DNA of 64,000 nucleotides from a virus. The translations under genes were made by a program, and so were the position numbers. The notes beneath the pieces were generated by a model. That model saw only the letters and a list, made by a program, of their open reading frames with translations, did not search any database and was not told the origin of the DNA. The stretch spans positions 32,001-96,000 of IMG/VR virus record IMGVR_UViG_3300030419_006839, one strand, 5' to 3'. Shown here piece after piece: positions 11,010 to 22,765 of the stretch. Within the stretch, counting starts at the first letter, position 1. Each line of letters opens with the position of its first letter.

Positions 11010-11363
11010 ATGGAAGAAACACTGTTAACGACACTTACCGAATTAGGTAGTACTGCATTTATTCAATTACTATTAGGTATTGTGATATACTTAGCAATAA
11101 CAAAGTACCTTCCTAGAGTTGCCCAAGAACACAAAGAGCAAATAGAGAATCAAAGAACTGATTTCATGACACAACTAGATAAGCTTGAAAACAATAGACA
11201 TGAAGCGGTAATAGCGTTTCAGAAAACAATTGATGATTTGGAGACAGCAGTAGAAAAGAATGAAAAATCTTTAGGTAAGTTGGTTTCTATTATAATCTCC
11301 ACTCAAACTACTTCTGCAGAAGAAAGTCAAAAACTATTAGAAAAAGTTTTAAATGGAGATTAA
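11010..11363 (+). CDS. holin-like membrane protein (N-terminal TM + coiled coil)
   Basis: Single N-terminal TM (AFIQLLLGIVIYLAI) then coiled coil, BhlA/UviB-like architecture. Confidence 0.5.
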   Translation: MEETLLTTLTELGSTAFIQLLLGIVIYLAITKYLPRVAQEHKEQIENQRTDFMTQLDKLENNRHEAVIAFQKTIDDLETAVEKNEKSLGKLVSIIISTQTTSAEESQKLLEKVLNGD

Positions 11364-11364
11364 T

Positions 11365-11583
11365 ATGGAACCACATTACTTAGAGGAACTAAAACGTATA
11401 AATAAAAGATTAGATGATTTAGATAAAAAAATTGATGTCATGATGGAAAACCATATATACCATTTATCTTTAGAGATAACAAAAATGCAAACATATTTTA
11501 AGGTATTAACTGGTTTTGTGGTTTTTTTACCACCTATAACAGTGACAGCAATAAAAGTTTTTGAAGTTCTAACTCAGGGATAA
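11365..11583 (+). CDS. small coiled-coil protein with C-terminal TM (XhlA/holin-like)
   Basis: RLDDLDKKID coiled coil plus hydrophobic C-terminus. Confidence 0.45.
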   Translation: MEPHYLEELKRINKRLDDLDKKIDVMMENHIYHLSLEITKMQTYFKVLTGFVVFLPPITVTAIKVFEVLTQG

Positions 11584-11585
11584 AA

Positions 11586-12806
11586 ATGTCAATAACTTTT
11601 TTAGATGCCCTACAACAAGATATTAGGCCAAAATATTCTTTTTTTTTAGTGGAGAAGCCACCTTCCTATAAAAAAAATCCATACCCACCCATACATAATA
11701 CAACAAATAACAACCCATTAAGAGTAACCAATATTTCTTCTAATTCTGTAGGTGGTATTAACTATGTAAAAATAACTACAGAATATGACCATCAAATGGA
11801 AGTTGGTGATGAAATATATATTTCTGGTTCTGGAGGATTTAATGGACACCATACAGTCAAACAAGTATTGAATACTACAGTTTCAGTATTGGAAACTATA
11901 TATTCTGGAAGTGATGAAAATCCTTCAAGTTGTACATGGAAGTTTTATTGGTATAAGTGGTCAGAAGACTTACAAAACACATCTTCTGATTTAGGTGGTT
12001 CACTAGAGAAAACAAGGAGAATAGATATTAGCAAATATGTACTTGAATGTAGAGATGTAAGTTTTGATTCAGAAGGAATTGTTCCACATACATATATGCA
12101 TAGCTCTGTTGATATTAGGTTACTTAAAAATTTAAACAAAAACAAACAAAAAGAAGAAAGTTTTGACATAAGTAGAAGCGAAAATATATTTACAGAAATG
12201 AAATATAAATCGAGTGGATATGGAGCAAAAATATATTGCAATATAGAATTTGAATATTCAGATGGTACTTCAAAAAGTATAGAACCTTTCTTTATTGGTT
12301 TTGTTATAGATGCTAAAATGGGTGTAGATTATATTAACCTTACATTAGATAATGGAACTTATGAAATAAAAGAGAAGGAAATAAGAGAGTTTGGAACCTA
12401 TATACAAGACGTAATTCCTGTTAATAATAGATCTTCTAAAGGTGATGGGGTTACTTTTAAAACTAATATATTCCCTATTTCTAAAGGTTTTTTTGAAGCC
12501 TGGTTGTTTAAGAGAGCGGATAGAAAACCTGAGTTAAAAGATCTAGAACCAGATAGATTTTCTATAGAACCTAAATATTCAGGGTTTGATGTGTCAGACA
12601 CTTACTGGAAAGAAGAAAAAAAGCCATATGAAAACATAAACGAAGGAGATGTAAAAATAGCTGATTTTGTAAGAAGATCAAATGTTTATGATTTAAGTAA
12701 TGTTAGAGATAGAATGTTTAAAGTTAAAAGCAATCCAAGTGATGGTGATTACTTCGGTGAATACAATAGAATAACTGATTATGAAGAACATAAGGTAGGG
12801 GGATAA
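11586..12806 (+). CDS. tail tip/baseplate-associated protein
   Basis: Downstream of tape measure; H-x-x-x-VGDEIYISGSGGFNG beta-module common in phage tail proteins. Confidence 0.55.
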   Translation: MSITFLDALQQDIRPKYSFFLVEKPPSYKKNPYPPIHNTTNNNPLRVTNISSNSVGGINYVKITTEYDHQMEVGDEIYISGSGGFNGHHTVKQVLNTTVSVLETIYSGSDENPSSCTWKFYWYKWSEDLQNTSSDLGGSLEKTRRIDISKYVLECRDVSFDSEGIVPHTYMHSSVDIRLLKNLNKNKQKEESFDISRSENIFTEMKYKSSGYGAKIYCNIEFEYSDGTSKSIEPFFIGFVIDAKMGVDYINLTLDNGTYEIKEKEIREFGTYIQDVIPVNNRSSKGDGVTFKTNIFPISKGFFEAWLFKRADRKPELKDLEPDRFSIEPKYSGFDVSDTYWKEEKKPYENINEGDVKIADFVRRSNVYDLSNVRDRMFKVKSNPSDGDYFGEYNRITDYEEHKVGG

Positions 12807-12808
12807 TA

Positions 12809-15800
12809 ATGGCTAAGATACCAGACAAGGAAATTAGAGAGAATTGGAGTCTTCCTAATTTGTATGAAGATGAAAATGGAAATCAAAAAACTAAACTAAA
12901 AGAACAGGAATCCATCTCTCACTACAACTTCAATCCTTATGGTGCTAAAGTTAATTATGACACTGGTGAAATAAATTTAGCATTTGATAATAATGCATCA
13001 TCTTTATTTAATGATTTTATTCAAGCAAACTATATATTTTCACCAAGATACCAAAGTCCTCACTCTTTAGTTAAAGATTTATTTAAAAATATAAATTCTC
13101 CAATAGTTAAAGATGAGAATTTTGAAGAAATAATTCTAAAAAACAAAGAAAAAACATGGACAAGTTTGGGTAAGGTTTCATATTTAGATAAAAACACTTA
13201 TCCAAATTGTCTTTTACTTGTAGAAGGTACATTTTCTAATGTAGATAATTCAAACTCAACTGAAGTAAAAAAACTATATATAGCCTTTGGAGATCAGCTA
13301 TTTTCTCAAGATTTAATTACAGGTGACTTAAAGTTAGAGTGTAGGGTTTGGGGTAATATTTATGGTTTAGAAAAAGATACTTATGGAAATGTATTTATAA
13401 TTTCCAGTTTAAACGATGAGTGTAGAACTAATGTATCAGATGATAACTCATTTAATACGGATGATAATACAAACCCTGCTGGATTGGGTATCGTAAACAT
13501 TTACAAGTGGTGCTTTGATAAAAATAGTTTTCCAAATGTTGAAAATAGATTAGATTACAATAAAAAACTTAAAAGAATATTAACAACTTATTATAATGGT
13601 AGAACTGATTTTGGTAGCTTAAGTGATTTAGGTTTTTTATACAATAACTATTCTCCCTATCAAGGAAAGATAGACGAAGATAATTGTAATTTAGCAAAAA
13701 CCACAGTAGGATTCTTTAAAGACAATGTTATAAATTGTGGTCAATATTTTTTCCCTTGTCAGTCTTATGAATACTTGCCTAAACAAGTTAGCTATGATGG
13801 TGGCCCTACATCTACAAAAATTACAAATACATATGTTGAACTAGAGAAACTTGATTCAAAAGTCGTGGAAACAAAAATAGGGGGAAAAGAAATTGAACTT
13901 AATATATGGAATGCCCTTAAAGCTGCATGGAATGGAGAAGATCCAGAATCAATTATAAAAGAAAAAGATTACAAAGAAATTGAAAAAATCATTAAAGAAA
14001 ACACTAATACAACGAGATTAGAACTACCTAGTATTATTGGTATGCCAAATCAAGGTTTTTCATGGTTTGAGGATTTTTTGTACATACCCTTCGATAAAGG
14101 AAGTGTTTTTGGGTTGATGAGAATACCAACACCACAAGTAATTTTTAGTGATTCAGTTTTAGATACCTTAAAACTACCAAAACCCTTCATAAAAGGAAAC
14201 ACTAATTCTTCTATTTCCAATTGTGATGATGATTTTATAAGTGTTTCAGATGTTCCAAACTATACATCATATTTTAACATGTTACATACTGGAATTACTT
14301 GGTTGTCAAGTAGGGGTTTTGATGGAAAAAACTGTGGGTTATTTTCAAGAACAAACCTAGAGGTAATAAATAAAAACTTAAGAGAAGGGGGAGATGGAGC
14401 AGGAGATAAATACAGTGATACTTACAGTGATGCAGATAAAAAGACACAAACTAAATCTGTAAATGAACATGAAAATACAACCTTGAGTGGTAACAATTTA
14501 ACTAGATTTTATGGAAATAGATACCATAATAAAAACATGGCAGCAGGTAAGATAACTGAATTTTATGGTGATCAATCAAGTAATTCATATAGTGGTAAGA
14601 TAGTTGAACATTCAAATTTAATCGGTGGTGGTTTCAAACCATCTTCAACAAAAAACTATTATTCATTTATTATAGATACTGAAAATGTTCCAAAAAGAGG
14701 AGAATCTGGTTCAACAGATTTATCTTTAGCACCAACTGGATGGACAGTTCCAGCCAATATTATTCACATTTCTAAACCTGTTGGAATTAATCCATCCTCA
14801 ATAAGAAAACCACTAACTCACAAACTTGAAACTTTCATATACGATAGCACATTGCAAGAATTGACTAATGAGATGGTTGATGTTTTACTAACATATAATA
14901 AATCCACTAGTAGTGTTGTACCTGTAAACTATATACTACAAGCCGAAGATAGTAGTATAAACACACAAACAAGTAAACCAAACAAATTCGGGGCTAAAAC
15001 GAAGGAAAGATTTTGGAACATGAGGACTTCAGAAATAACACCTAGTAACGACATTCTATCATATGTTAAAAGAGGTAGTGAATCATCAGATCCATTTTTA
15101 ATTGGTAGTGCTAATGAGTTTTCAACCTCTTGGGGATTAGGTGGTGGTGTTCAATATGGTAGATCAGATGGTTCTCATTACTACCAAATACACAGGACAA
15201 TAATTGGTAAAAAAACTAGTACTGATATACATACCAGGACAACGGGAATTAAACATACTAAGAGGTTTGTATTAAACAATACTAGAAATGGTAATTATGA
15301 ATATTTTGATAGTAGTGGAACTAAACAAAACAATAGTGAATCAGGTGGAGCATTAACCTCTGTATACACAAATAGTGGTAGTGAATTAAATTTTGATAAT
15401 AGCCAATACAATGGTGCAGAATTCTTTTGTATTAATTCATCCAATAATTCTGCTGATATTTCTTTAGAAAGGTCAACACCTAGAGAAGTGGATTCAAGCG
15501 ATAGAAATAACTTAAAACTAAATGATAATCAAATATTTTTTAACTTACCTAATCCAATACACTGGGGTGATGTTGGTAGTATTATTATACATAAAAACAG
15601 ATTATACTTTACTGTATTTGATTATAAATCAACAGAGCCTCATCAAAGTTGGGAAAATTCCGATAGGGTTGACATGGAGGTTTCTGGAAAACCAGCAGTA
15701 GGATATGAATTAGAAGCAGGTATTTATTGTCTAAACATATCAGTAGATTCTGCAGATAGTCACGGATCTTCAGGTTTCAGCAAAACTAACAATTGTACAA

Positions 15801-18800
15801 AATTCACCAATAAAGTTAATGAAACTATAAAGAAATTATCCAATGATGACCAATATTACAGCAATAATCTAAATCCCATCTTGGAAAACATTCCACACAC
15901 AACAACAGAAAATCAAGCATCTGGTGGTAGTCAATCTTTAGATTCTGGATCTGGTTCTAGTAACTATCAAGGAACATCAACAAGTAGTGAACTTAATTAT
16001 TTTAAACCTGATGAACAATACGATGCGTCTGGTAGTATGCCGATAACTGAAATAAATCCAGATTTTACTTCTAGTCCAGTTAATAAAAACCCCAAAGATT
16101 TCCCTCCAATACAATTTCTTTTAGATCCTTCAAAAGATTCAAGACAAGTTAGATTGAAAAGAATTTCACATAGTAGCTATCGTGGAGAGTATGTTGAGAA
16201 AATGTCTTTAAATAGAGTTTTTTCCGATGGTGGAAAGAAAAGACGGCAATTAGAAGTTAGTCAATACTCCTCACCTAGATCTCCATTTGTTTCTGGAGAT
16301 AAGGTTATATATTTAGCTGGAAATGAATTTTGGAGAGGTAGTTTGTTTAGTAGTAATGTTAGATTTAATCCATACTCTATGGATGGTAAAATGCTAATAT
16401 TGGATTGTAAGAATACATCTAAAGAAAACATATTTTTTGGCAAAGCATCTCCTATAGATGAATTTACAAACTATGTAAATGCTAAAGGAAATAATGATGC
16501 CATGAAAGGTTTTTCATCAAACTCAGTAACAGATAGTTCTGGAAATACATATGTTGTTTCTGGGAAAGATGCTTTACACCTACTAAGTTTTAGTGATGTA
16601 CCTAAACCAAAACAAAATAGCTCAGGTAGTTTTAAACGTAAAAATAGTGGATATATGTTAACTTTGATTGATGGTAAGTTAGAACTATCAACTCAAGCAA
16701 ATAGAGATTTCTTATCGAAAACAATAAACTATAATGAAGAATTAATAACTGATGGTAATAATTTCTTTAATTTTTCAATATTAAAGTATGGAAACGAACT
16801 ATCTACAAAAATACCACTAATTGATACTAATAAAGAAAATTACTATGGCATTATTTCTAAATTAGCAAGTTTAGTTGATGCTGAATTTGGTATAGAAAAT
16901 CAAGAACCATACTTTAGAAATAAAGATTCAAATATGCTACTGTCTTCAGATTTTGGTACATCATTAACACCAAGAGGTGGGCCATTAGATACAGACAACT
17001 CAATACTGAATAAATTCCTATTGGATTCAGAATATACATTTTGGTATGTAAATGGTGAAATAGTCTCTGTCTATAATCAAGCATACAATGGATCTTCAAC
17101 AAATAAGATAGTTGAAAGAGGGTTATTAGGTACAGAAGTAAAAGAACATGGACAAAACCAAATAGTTTATAGAATGAAACTATATGCAGATGATAAGAAT
17201 CTCATAAGTATAAATAACTACAGTAAAGATTATGATAATATATATAATGAAGTTAGAGTTGATTTTAACAGTAAAGAGGGTTTTCAAGATTCTATTGTTG
17301 TCTCTACAAACAATGAAAGTTCATCATATGATCGTACTTTTAATTATTCTGCTCCATTTATAACTGAAGGTTCTTGGGCTAAGGGAATTGCATATAGGCT
17401 TTTAAATAGACTTTCAAAAGAAAAATATTTAATTGACATGTCTATAAGGATTAACCCTGAATTAAAAAATGCAGATTTTATAGTAGTTAATTGTGGTGAG
17501 TATAATATTAGTAATAAGCTTTTTCAGATAAAATCAGTATCACACAACTTAACGGAACATATCACAAATATAAGTGCAATTTCCGTAGAAGAACCCACAC
17601 TTAGTCTATCGTATTATAATGGTAGTAGTTTTGTTGCATATAACGATGGAATAGATGCTGGATCAAATAAAATAGCTGGAAACGATGAGACTTTAATAAT
17701 TAAACTAACAAATGAAGGAAATTATGATTTAAATATCAGTGATATTTTTATTGATGACATAAGTTTTAAAGTTTTTAGATATGTGAATGGGGTAAAGAGT
17801 AAGGAAATAGAAAGAAATGATTCTGATTCTGGGTTTAAAGTTGGATCAGAAAAAGACTTAACCATACCTGTTGGCTCTAGTAAAGAGTTTTATATAAGTT
17901 TTATCTTACCACAAGAAAGTAATTTCTTTAGGGAATTAAGTATAGTTTCTAATTTAGAAAAAAATCCCATTAGCCACTTCTCTATTTTTGGATCAATTAA
18001 ATCTATAAGTCTAGATGTAGAAGGTGATTTAAGTTTTGGAAACATAAACAATAACCAACCTAAATCAAAAAGAATTGTTGTTAAAAATAAGGGAGTTAAT
18101 GAAATTAAATTAACCAATCTAGAAATTAAGTCTGGGAAGCAAGGAACAATTTTAAACAGTTTAGATGGATTTTCTTTCAACAAGATAAATATAAGTAACA
18201 ATCAATCAACATCAATAAACACATCTAATGTAAACATTACATTAAAAGGAGAGGATAGTGGTAGTGGAGAAGATTTCACAATAATTGAAGTTGTTTTTGA
18301 CCCTAGTGAAACTGTTAGGAATGGAAGATATAGAGTGGATAAAACTGGAATTGAAGGAAATATAAAATTATTTATAGATGCAGAAACTACTGGTGGTACT
18401 AGTACCACATTAGCTTCAAGTTTAAACAGTACATCTCAACAAATAACCCTTACAGATTCCAGTGGGTTTGATGTTGGTGATAACATAATGATAGATACAA
18501 TTGAAATGGAAATAGTAGGTAAAAGTGGAAATACAATTTCAGTGGACTCTAGAGATAAACACAATGATAGTATACAAACCATACCAAAATCTTACAATTC
18601 TGGTACAAGTGTAATTAACCTAAAAAATACAGTTTCTACAAAAAGGATAAATTATAGTGGTAAAATAAATAGTATACCAGTAAGTGCTAGAATACATGCC
18701 AATAGAATAAAACTATATGGCTTAGACAATTTAGAACTTCCAAAACAAGATGGAAAGTATTTATTAGATAATCAAATCACTAGAAATAGGTTTTCAGCAA

Positions 18801-21800
18801 AACTAAAAAGTATAAAAAACCAACTAAAAACAAACAATTCAAATGCAAATAAAATTAAGATAGAAGAAGGAAGAGTTTATATTGGAACAGATAGTGGATA
18901 CCAAACTGGAACTACTGTTCCTCTTTTTGTTTCAGATAGTTCAAATTTACAATACAATCATGATTGGGAATCTAAAACATATAAAGTTAAAGTAAACTTA
19001 ACAGATAATGATCAGAAAAACTTCAAATTACTATTACATTTAGATAAAGAAAACAGTGGCAATAGACATATTACTTTAAATAAATATGAAATAAGCAATT
19101 CAACAAATACACTTTTAGCTAGACAAAGAAGAAATTTAGAAAATTATACTTTTACTAATGTAGATGAAGATGGTCATATTGTTCTTAACTATATTTTCGC
19201 TCGTACAGATAATGAAAATCTAAACTTAGAAGAAAGACATAATTCTTTATTTCATCAAGATAGCGACACAACAGCGGTAGTGTCAGGTAAAGAATATGTA
19301 ATATATCATTTAGGTAGTGGAACAGATGCAGAAAAAGAAACTAGATGGCAAAATGTCGGATTTGATGGAGTACCTTTTGAAGGAGCATACTTTACTGCAA
19401 ACACAACAACAACGATGACTGATGACGCTAAAGTAACTGAATCTTTTATAAATATATCATTGAATTTACTACATTTAAGTGTAGATACATATGACTCTAA
19501 AAACAATTCTCTAACTACGGTTGTTGATGGTTATGCAATAAATCAATGGAGAAAGGCATTATCAATAGATATTAAAACTGAAACAGTCTTCACTCTTGAT
19601 AGATTGTCTGCAATGAATGTTGGAGACAAGTTTGCAATAATAACAGAAACTGAAAATATAGATGGGGATGTTTCAAATTATTCTAAAGAAGGATTTGATT
19701 CATCAAACAACAATCAAAAAACAGATGCAAGTATTAAGTCATGGCAATCAGGTTTACCATTAAGCTATGGAGGTAGTGGTAATGTTAGGTATATTATGGT
19801 TAATCTTCAAGACCATAAATTTAAGGCTGGAGAACAATTACTTATATATTCGTCAAATGGTGGTAAGTTTGATGGTGTTCATGATATACATAGTGTTTCC
19901 CCTGATATAATAAATTTGTATGGAGATAGTGCACTAAGTCCTAGTAGTGGTAATTTAAATGACGTATTGGATACTAATGTTAGAGTTACTAAGGTACATA
20001 CAATAGATAGGATAATTAATCAAAACTCATTTGTTGTTAAAGATTTAGGTAGAGAAGATAGTACATCAGAAATAACATTACGAAATACAGTAAACGAACT
20101 TAGTACTCCAAATAAAGATTGCAACATTGTCTTATTAAATGACTTTACTAAACAGGAAGGAATTATAATAAGAAATGAACCTGATATAATTACTGGTACA
20201 GTTGTAGGAGAAATATCAGAATTAGGTGATTATTTTATAAAAATAAGAATAGATGAAGATGAGGAGCTATTTCCAGGTGGTGTAGACCTAACAGAAGAAA
20301 ACTGCATAAAGTTTATAGGTGATTCAAATAGTTTGTTTGATGGATATTTTAAATATCAAACTCCAATACCTATAGACAAAGATACTTTTAAAATTAAACT
20401 ACCCAAACTATCCTTATTGAATGTGGCGTATTCTACAAGTCAAAAAAAGTACTATGCTATCTGTAAAACGACAAAAAAAATAGACACCTTAAAAACTACA
20501 GACGGAGATGAAAGTACTAATAGGGAATATAATCCATATGGTCTTAAAAACATAATACCATTTAATGAAGGAGATACGGTTTCGATAGAAGGAACCTCAA
20601 ACGAAGAATACGATAATATAAAATCAATTAAAATAAATAAAATACATGACGAAATTGGATTATTAACAGATGGTGTAATGGAATCTTTTGGTGGTAAAAG
20701 TGGAGAAAAAACTTTTTATGTTGAACTTGATTTACCACTAGATACGTACAGTAAAACACAGGCACGTACTCAGATTACACAATTATCTTCAAGTGTGGGC
20801 AGTACTTCAGCAACAACTTTCTCTGTTGATGATGCAAGTAACATTAGTCAGTATGACATTTTATTTTTCTCTTCTAGTATTTTTAATGAAGTTGAAGAAA
20901 TAGTTAGAGTAACCAATATTAGTAGTAATGAAATTACTGTTGAAAGAGGAATTGATGGATCTACAGCAGAAACCCATAATAGTGGTGATAAACTTTTCAA
21001 ATTTGATAACATAATTAGTAAAGGATTTTTGCAAAAAAAATCTCCACATAACGGAACTAAACTTAATTTCGTTTTAGAAGCTAGTAATAAGCAATATGGA
21101 TTAAAGTTTTCAACCAACACTAGTAAGAATTATGATTCTAATCTTGCAACTTCTTTTTCAAGTTCTCAAGATACCTTCTCTGATGGTATTGGTATAAAAA
21201 GAGCTAAAATACTTAGTAGTGAAAGAGATAATAGCAAAATAAGGATTTGGTTTGATGTAGATACTTACCCTACAACACAACTACAATCTTCAATCACTAA
21301 TTCACAAAACAACATTAAAGTAGGAAATACTGACCATATTAGTGAAGGTGAGATTATAAAAATTGATAATGAAGAAATGAGAGTAACCTCAGTTAGTAGT
21401 AATACCCTACTAATGGTTAAAAGAGCAGTAAATAGTACATCAGCAGCAACGCACCAAACATCCTCAACTGTTTCTAATGTTTTTGATTCTATATTTTCTG
21501 TTGGTGAAAATATAATAATTTACGATACAGATAATCAAGATTCTCATGGAACTTGGAGTATTAGTGGTACAGATGGTTTCAACTACATTGAAGTAACTCT
21601 TGGAACTGGTGATAGTAGTTTTGTAATTAACAGAGGATTTATAGCAACGACAAAACAAAATTTAGAATCGTCAAGTATTATTAAGTCATTTGATTCTATC
21701 AGTTTACCAAAAAAGACAAGTTCTACTAGTGGTGATAATATATGCAGACCTTTTGAAACATTTGAAACTAGCTTAACTAAATCTTTTGGATCTATGAATA

Positions 21801-22765
21801 AGACAAATTCAAATTTAAAAAATAAATATAGATCAATTTATGATAGTAATAATGACAATGAAGTTGATATTTTTGATTTAGTATTGTTTTTTAGTAAGAT
21901 GAAGGTTACTCCAGAAATCAGTCCATTTGTTTTTAATAGTTTTAGTAATTCTGATGAAAGTATATTATTTGAAGTTAAAGATAATATAATATACAAAAAA
22001 TCAGGTCAACTATTAACTGGGATTGAAGATGTGTTAGAAGGAGATGGTGAATCAAACATTGTAGTTTCAACAACAGATCCAGAAAACCCAACAATCAGTG
22101 TAAGCTCTGTTTTAAAGTCTTATCCTCAAAATCAAAATATATCAATTAGAGAAGCAGGAACTGATGATTCTAGAGAGGATTTTTTAAATGTAAAATATGA
22201 TCATGACAATTCAAAAAGAAATATTATAGACTTATCAGGTAGTTTAACGTTTACTGATGTCGAGATTGGTTCTTCCTACACAAAGAAGTTAGAGTTAACT
22301 AATGTTAGTCCAAATATTGATTATGAATTAACTATTTCTACAATTATAAATACTCCATTTTATGATGAAAGTATGATATACGCACTAGATAAAGATGGAA
22401 ACACTATATCATCTGATGCTATGCGTTTAGATTTTAGTAAAAATAAAATTATAATAAGTCCAGATCAGGTAATAGATATACCTATATCTTTAACTACACA
22501 AAACACCTTAGAGAAATTAGATGAAGGTGAAAAAGGATTAGAAGTCAGAGGAACCAACGTAAGAATACCACAAGTATTATTACTAACAAATGAAAAAATA
22601 AGACAAATTTTCTCTCCAAATTCTGAAATAGGTATTTCTAATTCATATCAAATTAGAAAAGCATACATTAAAATTGAATTTGTTGAATTAAATTCCTCAA
22701 ATAATTCAAATAGAAATAAGACCTTTATAGTTTTACCAATAAATACTATACCAAAAAATAATTAA
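12809..22765 (+). CDS. giant tail-tip/central-fibre adhesin (3318 aa) with Ig-like domains and a dockerin-like Ca-binding loop
   Basis: Hub-like segment (IYNEVRVDF...ADFIVV...FQIKSVSH); ASH/Ig-like motifs (LSFGNI...IVVKNKG; LTFTDVEIGSSYTKKLELTN); repeated TTL...ERG...H modules; DSNNDNEVDIFDLV. Confidence 0.75.
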   Translation: MAKIPDKEIRENWSLPNLYEDENGNQKTKLKEQESISHYNFNPYGAKVNYDTGEINLAFDNNASSLFNDFIQANYIFSPRYQSPHSLVKDLFKNINSPIVKDENFEEIILKNKEKTWTSLGKVSYLDKNTYPNCLLLVEGTFSNVDNSNSTEVKKLYIAFGDQLFSQDLITGDLKLECRVWGNIYGLEKDTYGNVFIISSLNDECRTNVSDDNSFNTDDNTNPAGLGIVNIYKWCFDKNSFPNVENRLDYNKKLKRILTTYYNGRTDFGSLSDLGFLYNNYSPYQGKIDEDNCNLAKTTVGFFKDNVINCGQYFFPCQSYEYLPKQVSYDGGPTSTKITNTYVELEKLDSKVVETKIGGKEIELNIWNALKAAWNGEDPESIIKEKDYKEIEKIIKENTNTTRLELPSIIGMPNQGFSWFEDFLYIPFDKGSVFGLMRIPTPQVIFSDSVLDTLKLPKPFIKGNTNSSISNCDDDFISVSDVPNYTSYFNMLHTGITWLSSRGFDGKNCGLFSRTNLEVINKNLREGGDGAGDKYSDTYSDADKKTQTKSVNEHENTTLSGNNLTRFYGNRYHNKNMAAGKITEFYGDQSSNSYSGKIVEHSNLIGGGFKPSSTKNYYSFIIDTENVPKRGESGSTDLSLAPTGWTVPANIIHISKPVGINPSSIRKPLTHKLETFIYDSTLQELTNEMVDVLLTYNKSTSSVVPVNYILQAEDSSINTQTSKPNKFGAKTKERFWNMRTSEITPSNDILSYVKRGSESSDPFLIGSANEFSTSWGLGGGVQYGRSDGSHYYQIHRTIIGKKTSTDIHTRTTGIKHTKRFVLNNTRNGNYEYFDSSGTKQNNSESGGALTSVYTNSGSELNFDNSQYNGAEFFCINSSNNSADISLERSTPREVDSSDRNNLKLNDNQIFFNLPNPIHWGDVGSIIIHKNRLYFTVFDYKSTEPHQSWENSDRVDMEVSGKPAVGYELEAGIYCLNISVDSADSHGSSGFSKTNNCTKFTNKVNETIKKLSNDDQYYSNNLNPILENIPHTTTENQASGGSQSLDSGSGSSNYQGTSTSSELNYFKPDEQYDASGSMPITEINPDFTSSPVNKNPKDFPPIQFLLDPSKDSRQVRLKRISHSSYRGEYVEKMSLNRVFSDGGKKRRQLEVSQYSSPRSPFVSGDKVIYLAGNEFWRGSLFSSNVRFNPYSMDGKMLILDCKNTSKENIFFGKASPIDEFTNYVNAKGNNDAMKGFSSNSVTDSSGNTYVVSGKDALHLLSFSDVPKPKQNSSGSFKRKNSGYMLTLIDGKLELSTQANRDFLSKTINYNEELITDGNNFFNFSILKYGNELSTKIPLIDTNKENYYGIISKLASLVDAEFGIENQEPYFRNKDSNMLLSSDFGTSLTPRGGPLDTDNSILNKFLLDSEYTFWYVNGEIVSVYNQAYNGSSTNKIVERGLLGTEVKEHGQNQIVYRMKLYADDKNLISINNYSKDYDNIYNEVRVDFNSKEGFQDSIVVSTNNESSSYDRTFNYSAPFITEGSWAKGIAYRLLNRLSKEKYLIDMSIRINPELKNADFIVVNCGEYNISNKLFQIKSVSHNLTEHITNISAISVEEPTLSLSYYNGSSFVAYNDGIDAGSNKIAGNDETLIIKLTNEGNYDLNISDIFIDDISFKVFRYVNGVKSKEIERNDSDSGFKVGSEKDLTIPVGSSKEFYISFILPQESNFFRELSIVSNLEKNPISHFSIFGSIKSISLDVEGDLSFGNINNNQPKSKRIVVKNKGVNEIKLTNLEIKSGKQGTILNSLDGFSFNKINISNNQSTSINTSNVNITLKGEDSGSGEDFTIIEVVFDPSETVRNGRYRVDKTGIEGNIKLFIDAETTGGTSTTLASSLNSTSQQITLTDSSGFDVGDNIMIDTIEMEIVGKSGNTISVDSRDKHNDSIQTIPKSYNSGTSVINLKNTVSTKRINYSGKINSIPVSARIHANRIKLYGLDNLELPKQDGKYLLDNQITRNRFSAKLKSIKNQLKTNNSNANKIKIEEGRVYIGTDSGYQTGTTVPLFVSDSSNLQYNHDWESKTYKVKVNLTDNDQKNFKLLLHLDKENSGNRHITLNKYEISNSTNTLLARQRRNLENYTFTNVDEDGHIVLNYIFARTDNENLNLEERHNSLFHQDSDTTAVVSGKEYVIYHLGSGTDAEKETRWQNVGFDGVPFEGAYFTANTTTTMTDDAKVTESFINISLNLLHLSVDTYDSKNNSLTTVVDGYAINQWRKALSIDIKTETVFTLDRLSAMNVGDKFAIITETENIDGDVSNYSKEGFDSSNNNQKTDASIKSWQSGLPLSYGGSGNVRYIMVNLQDHKFKAGEQLLIYSSNGGKFDGVHDIHSVSPDIINLYGDSALSPSSGNLNDVLDTNVRVTKVHTIDRIINQNSFVVKDLGREDSTSEITLRNTVNELSTPNKDCNIVLLNDFTKQEGIIIRNEPDIITGTVVGEISELGDYFIKIRIDEDEELFPGGVDLTEENCIKFIGDSNSLFDGYFKYQTPIPIDKDTFKIKLPKLSLLNVAYSTSQKKYYAICKTTKKIDTLKTTDGDESTNREYNPYGLKNIIPFNEGDTVSIEGTSNEEYDNIKSIKINKIHDEIGLLTDGVMESFGGKSGEKTFYVELDLPLDTYSKTQARTQITQLSSSVGSTSATTFSVDDASNISQYDILFFSSSIFNEVEEIVRVTNISSNEITVERGIDGSTAETHNSGDKLFKFDNIISKGFLQKKSPHNGTKLNFVLEASNKQYGLKFSTNTSKNYDSNLATSFSSSQDTFSDGIGIKRAKILSSERDNSKIRIWFDVDTYPTTQLQSSITNSQNNIKVGNTDHISEGEIIKIDNEEMRVTSVSSNTLLMVKRAVNSTSAATHQTSSTVSNVFDSIFSVGENIIIYDTDNQDSHGTWSISGTDGFNYIEVTLGTGDSSFVINRGFIATTKQNLESSSIIKSFDSISLPKKTSSTSGDNICRPFETFETSLTKSFGSMNKTNSNLKNKYRSIYDSNNDNEVDIFDLVLFFSKMKVTPEISPFVFNSFSNSDESILFEVKDNIIYKKSGQLLTGIEDVLEGDGESNIVVSTTDPENPTISVSSVLKSYPQNQNISIREAGTDDSREDFLNVKYDHDNSKRNIIDLSGSLTFTDVEIGSSYTKKLELTNVSPNIDYELTISTIINTPFYDESMIYALDKDGNTISSDAMRLDFSKNKIIISPDQVIDIPISLTTQNTLEKLDEGEKGLEVRGTNVRIPQVLLLTNEKIRQIFSPNSEIGISNSYQIRKAYIKIEFVELNSSNNSNRNKTFIVLPINTIPKNN

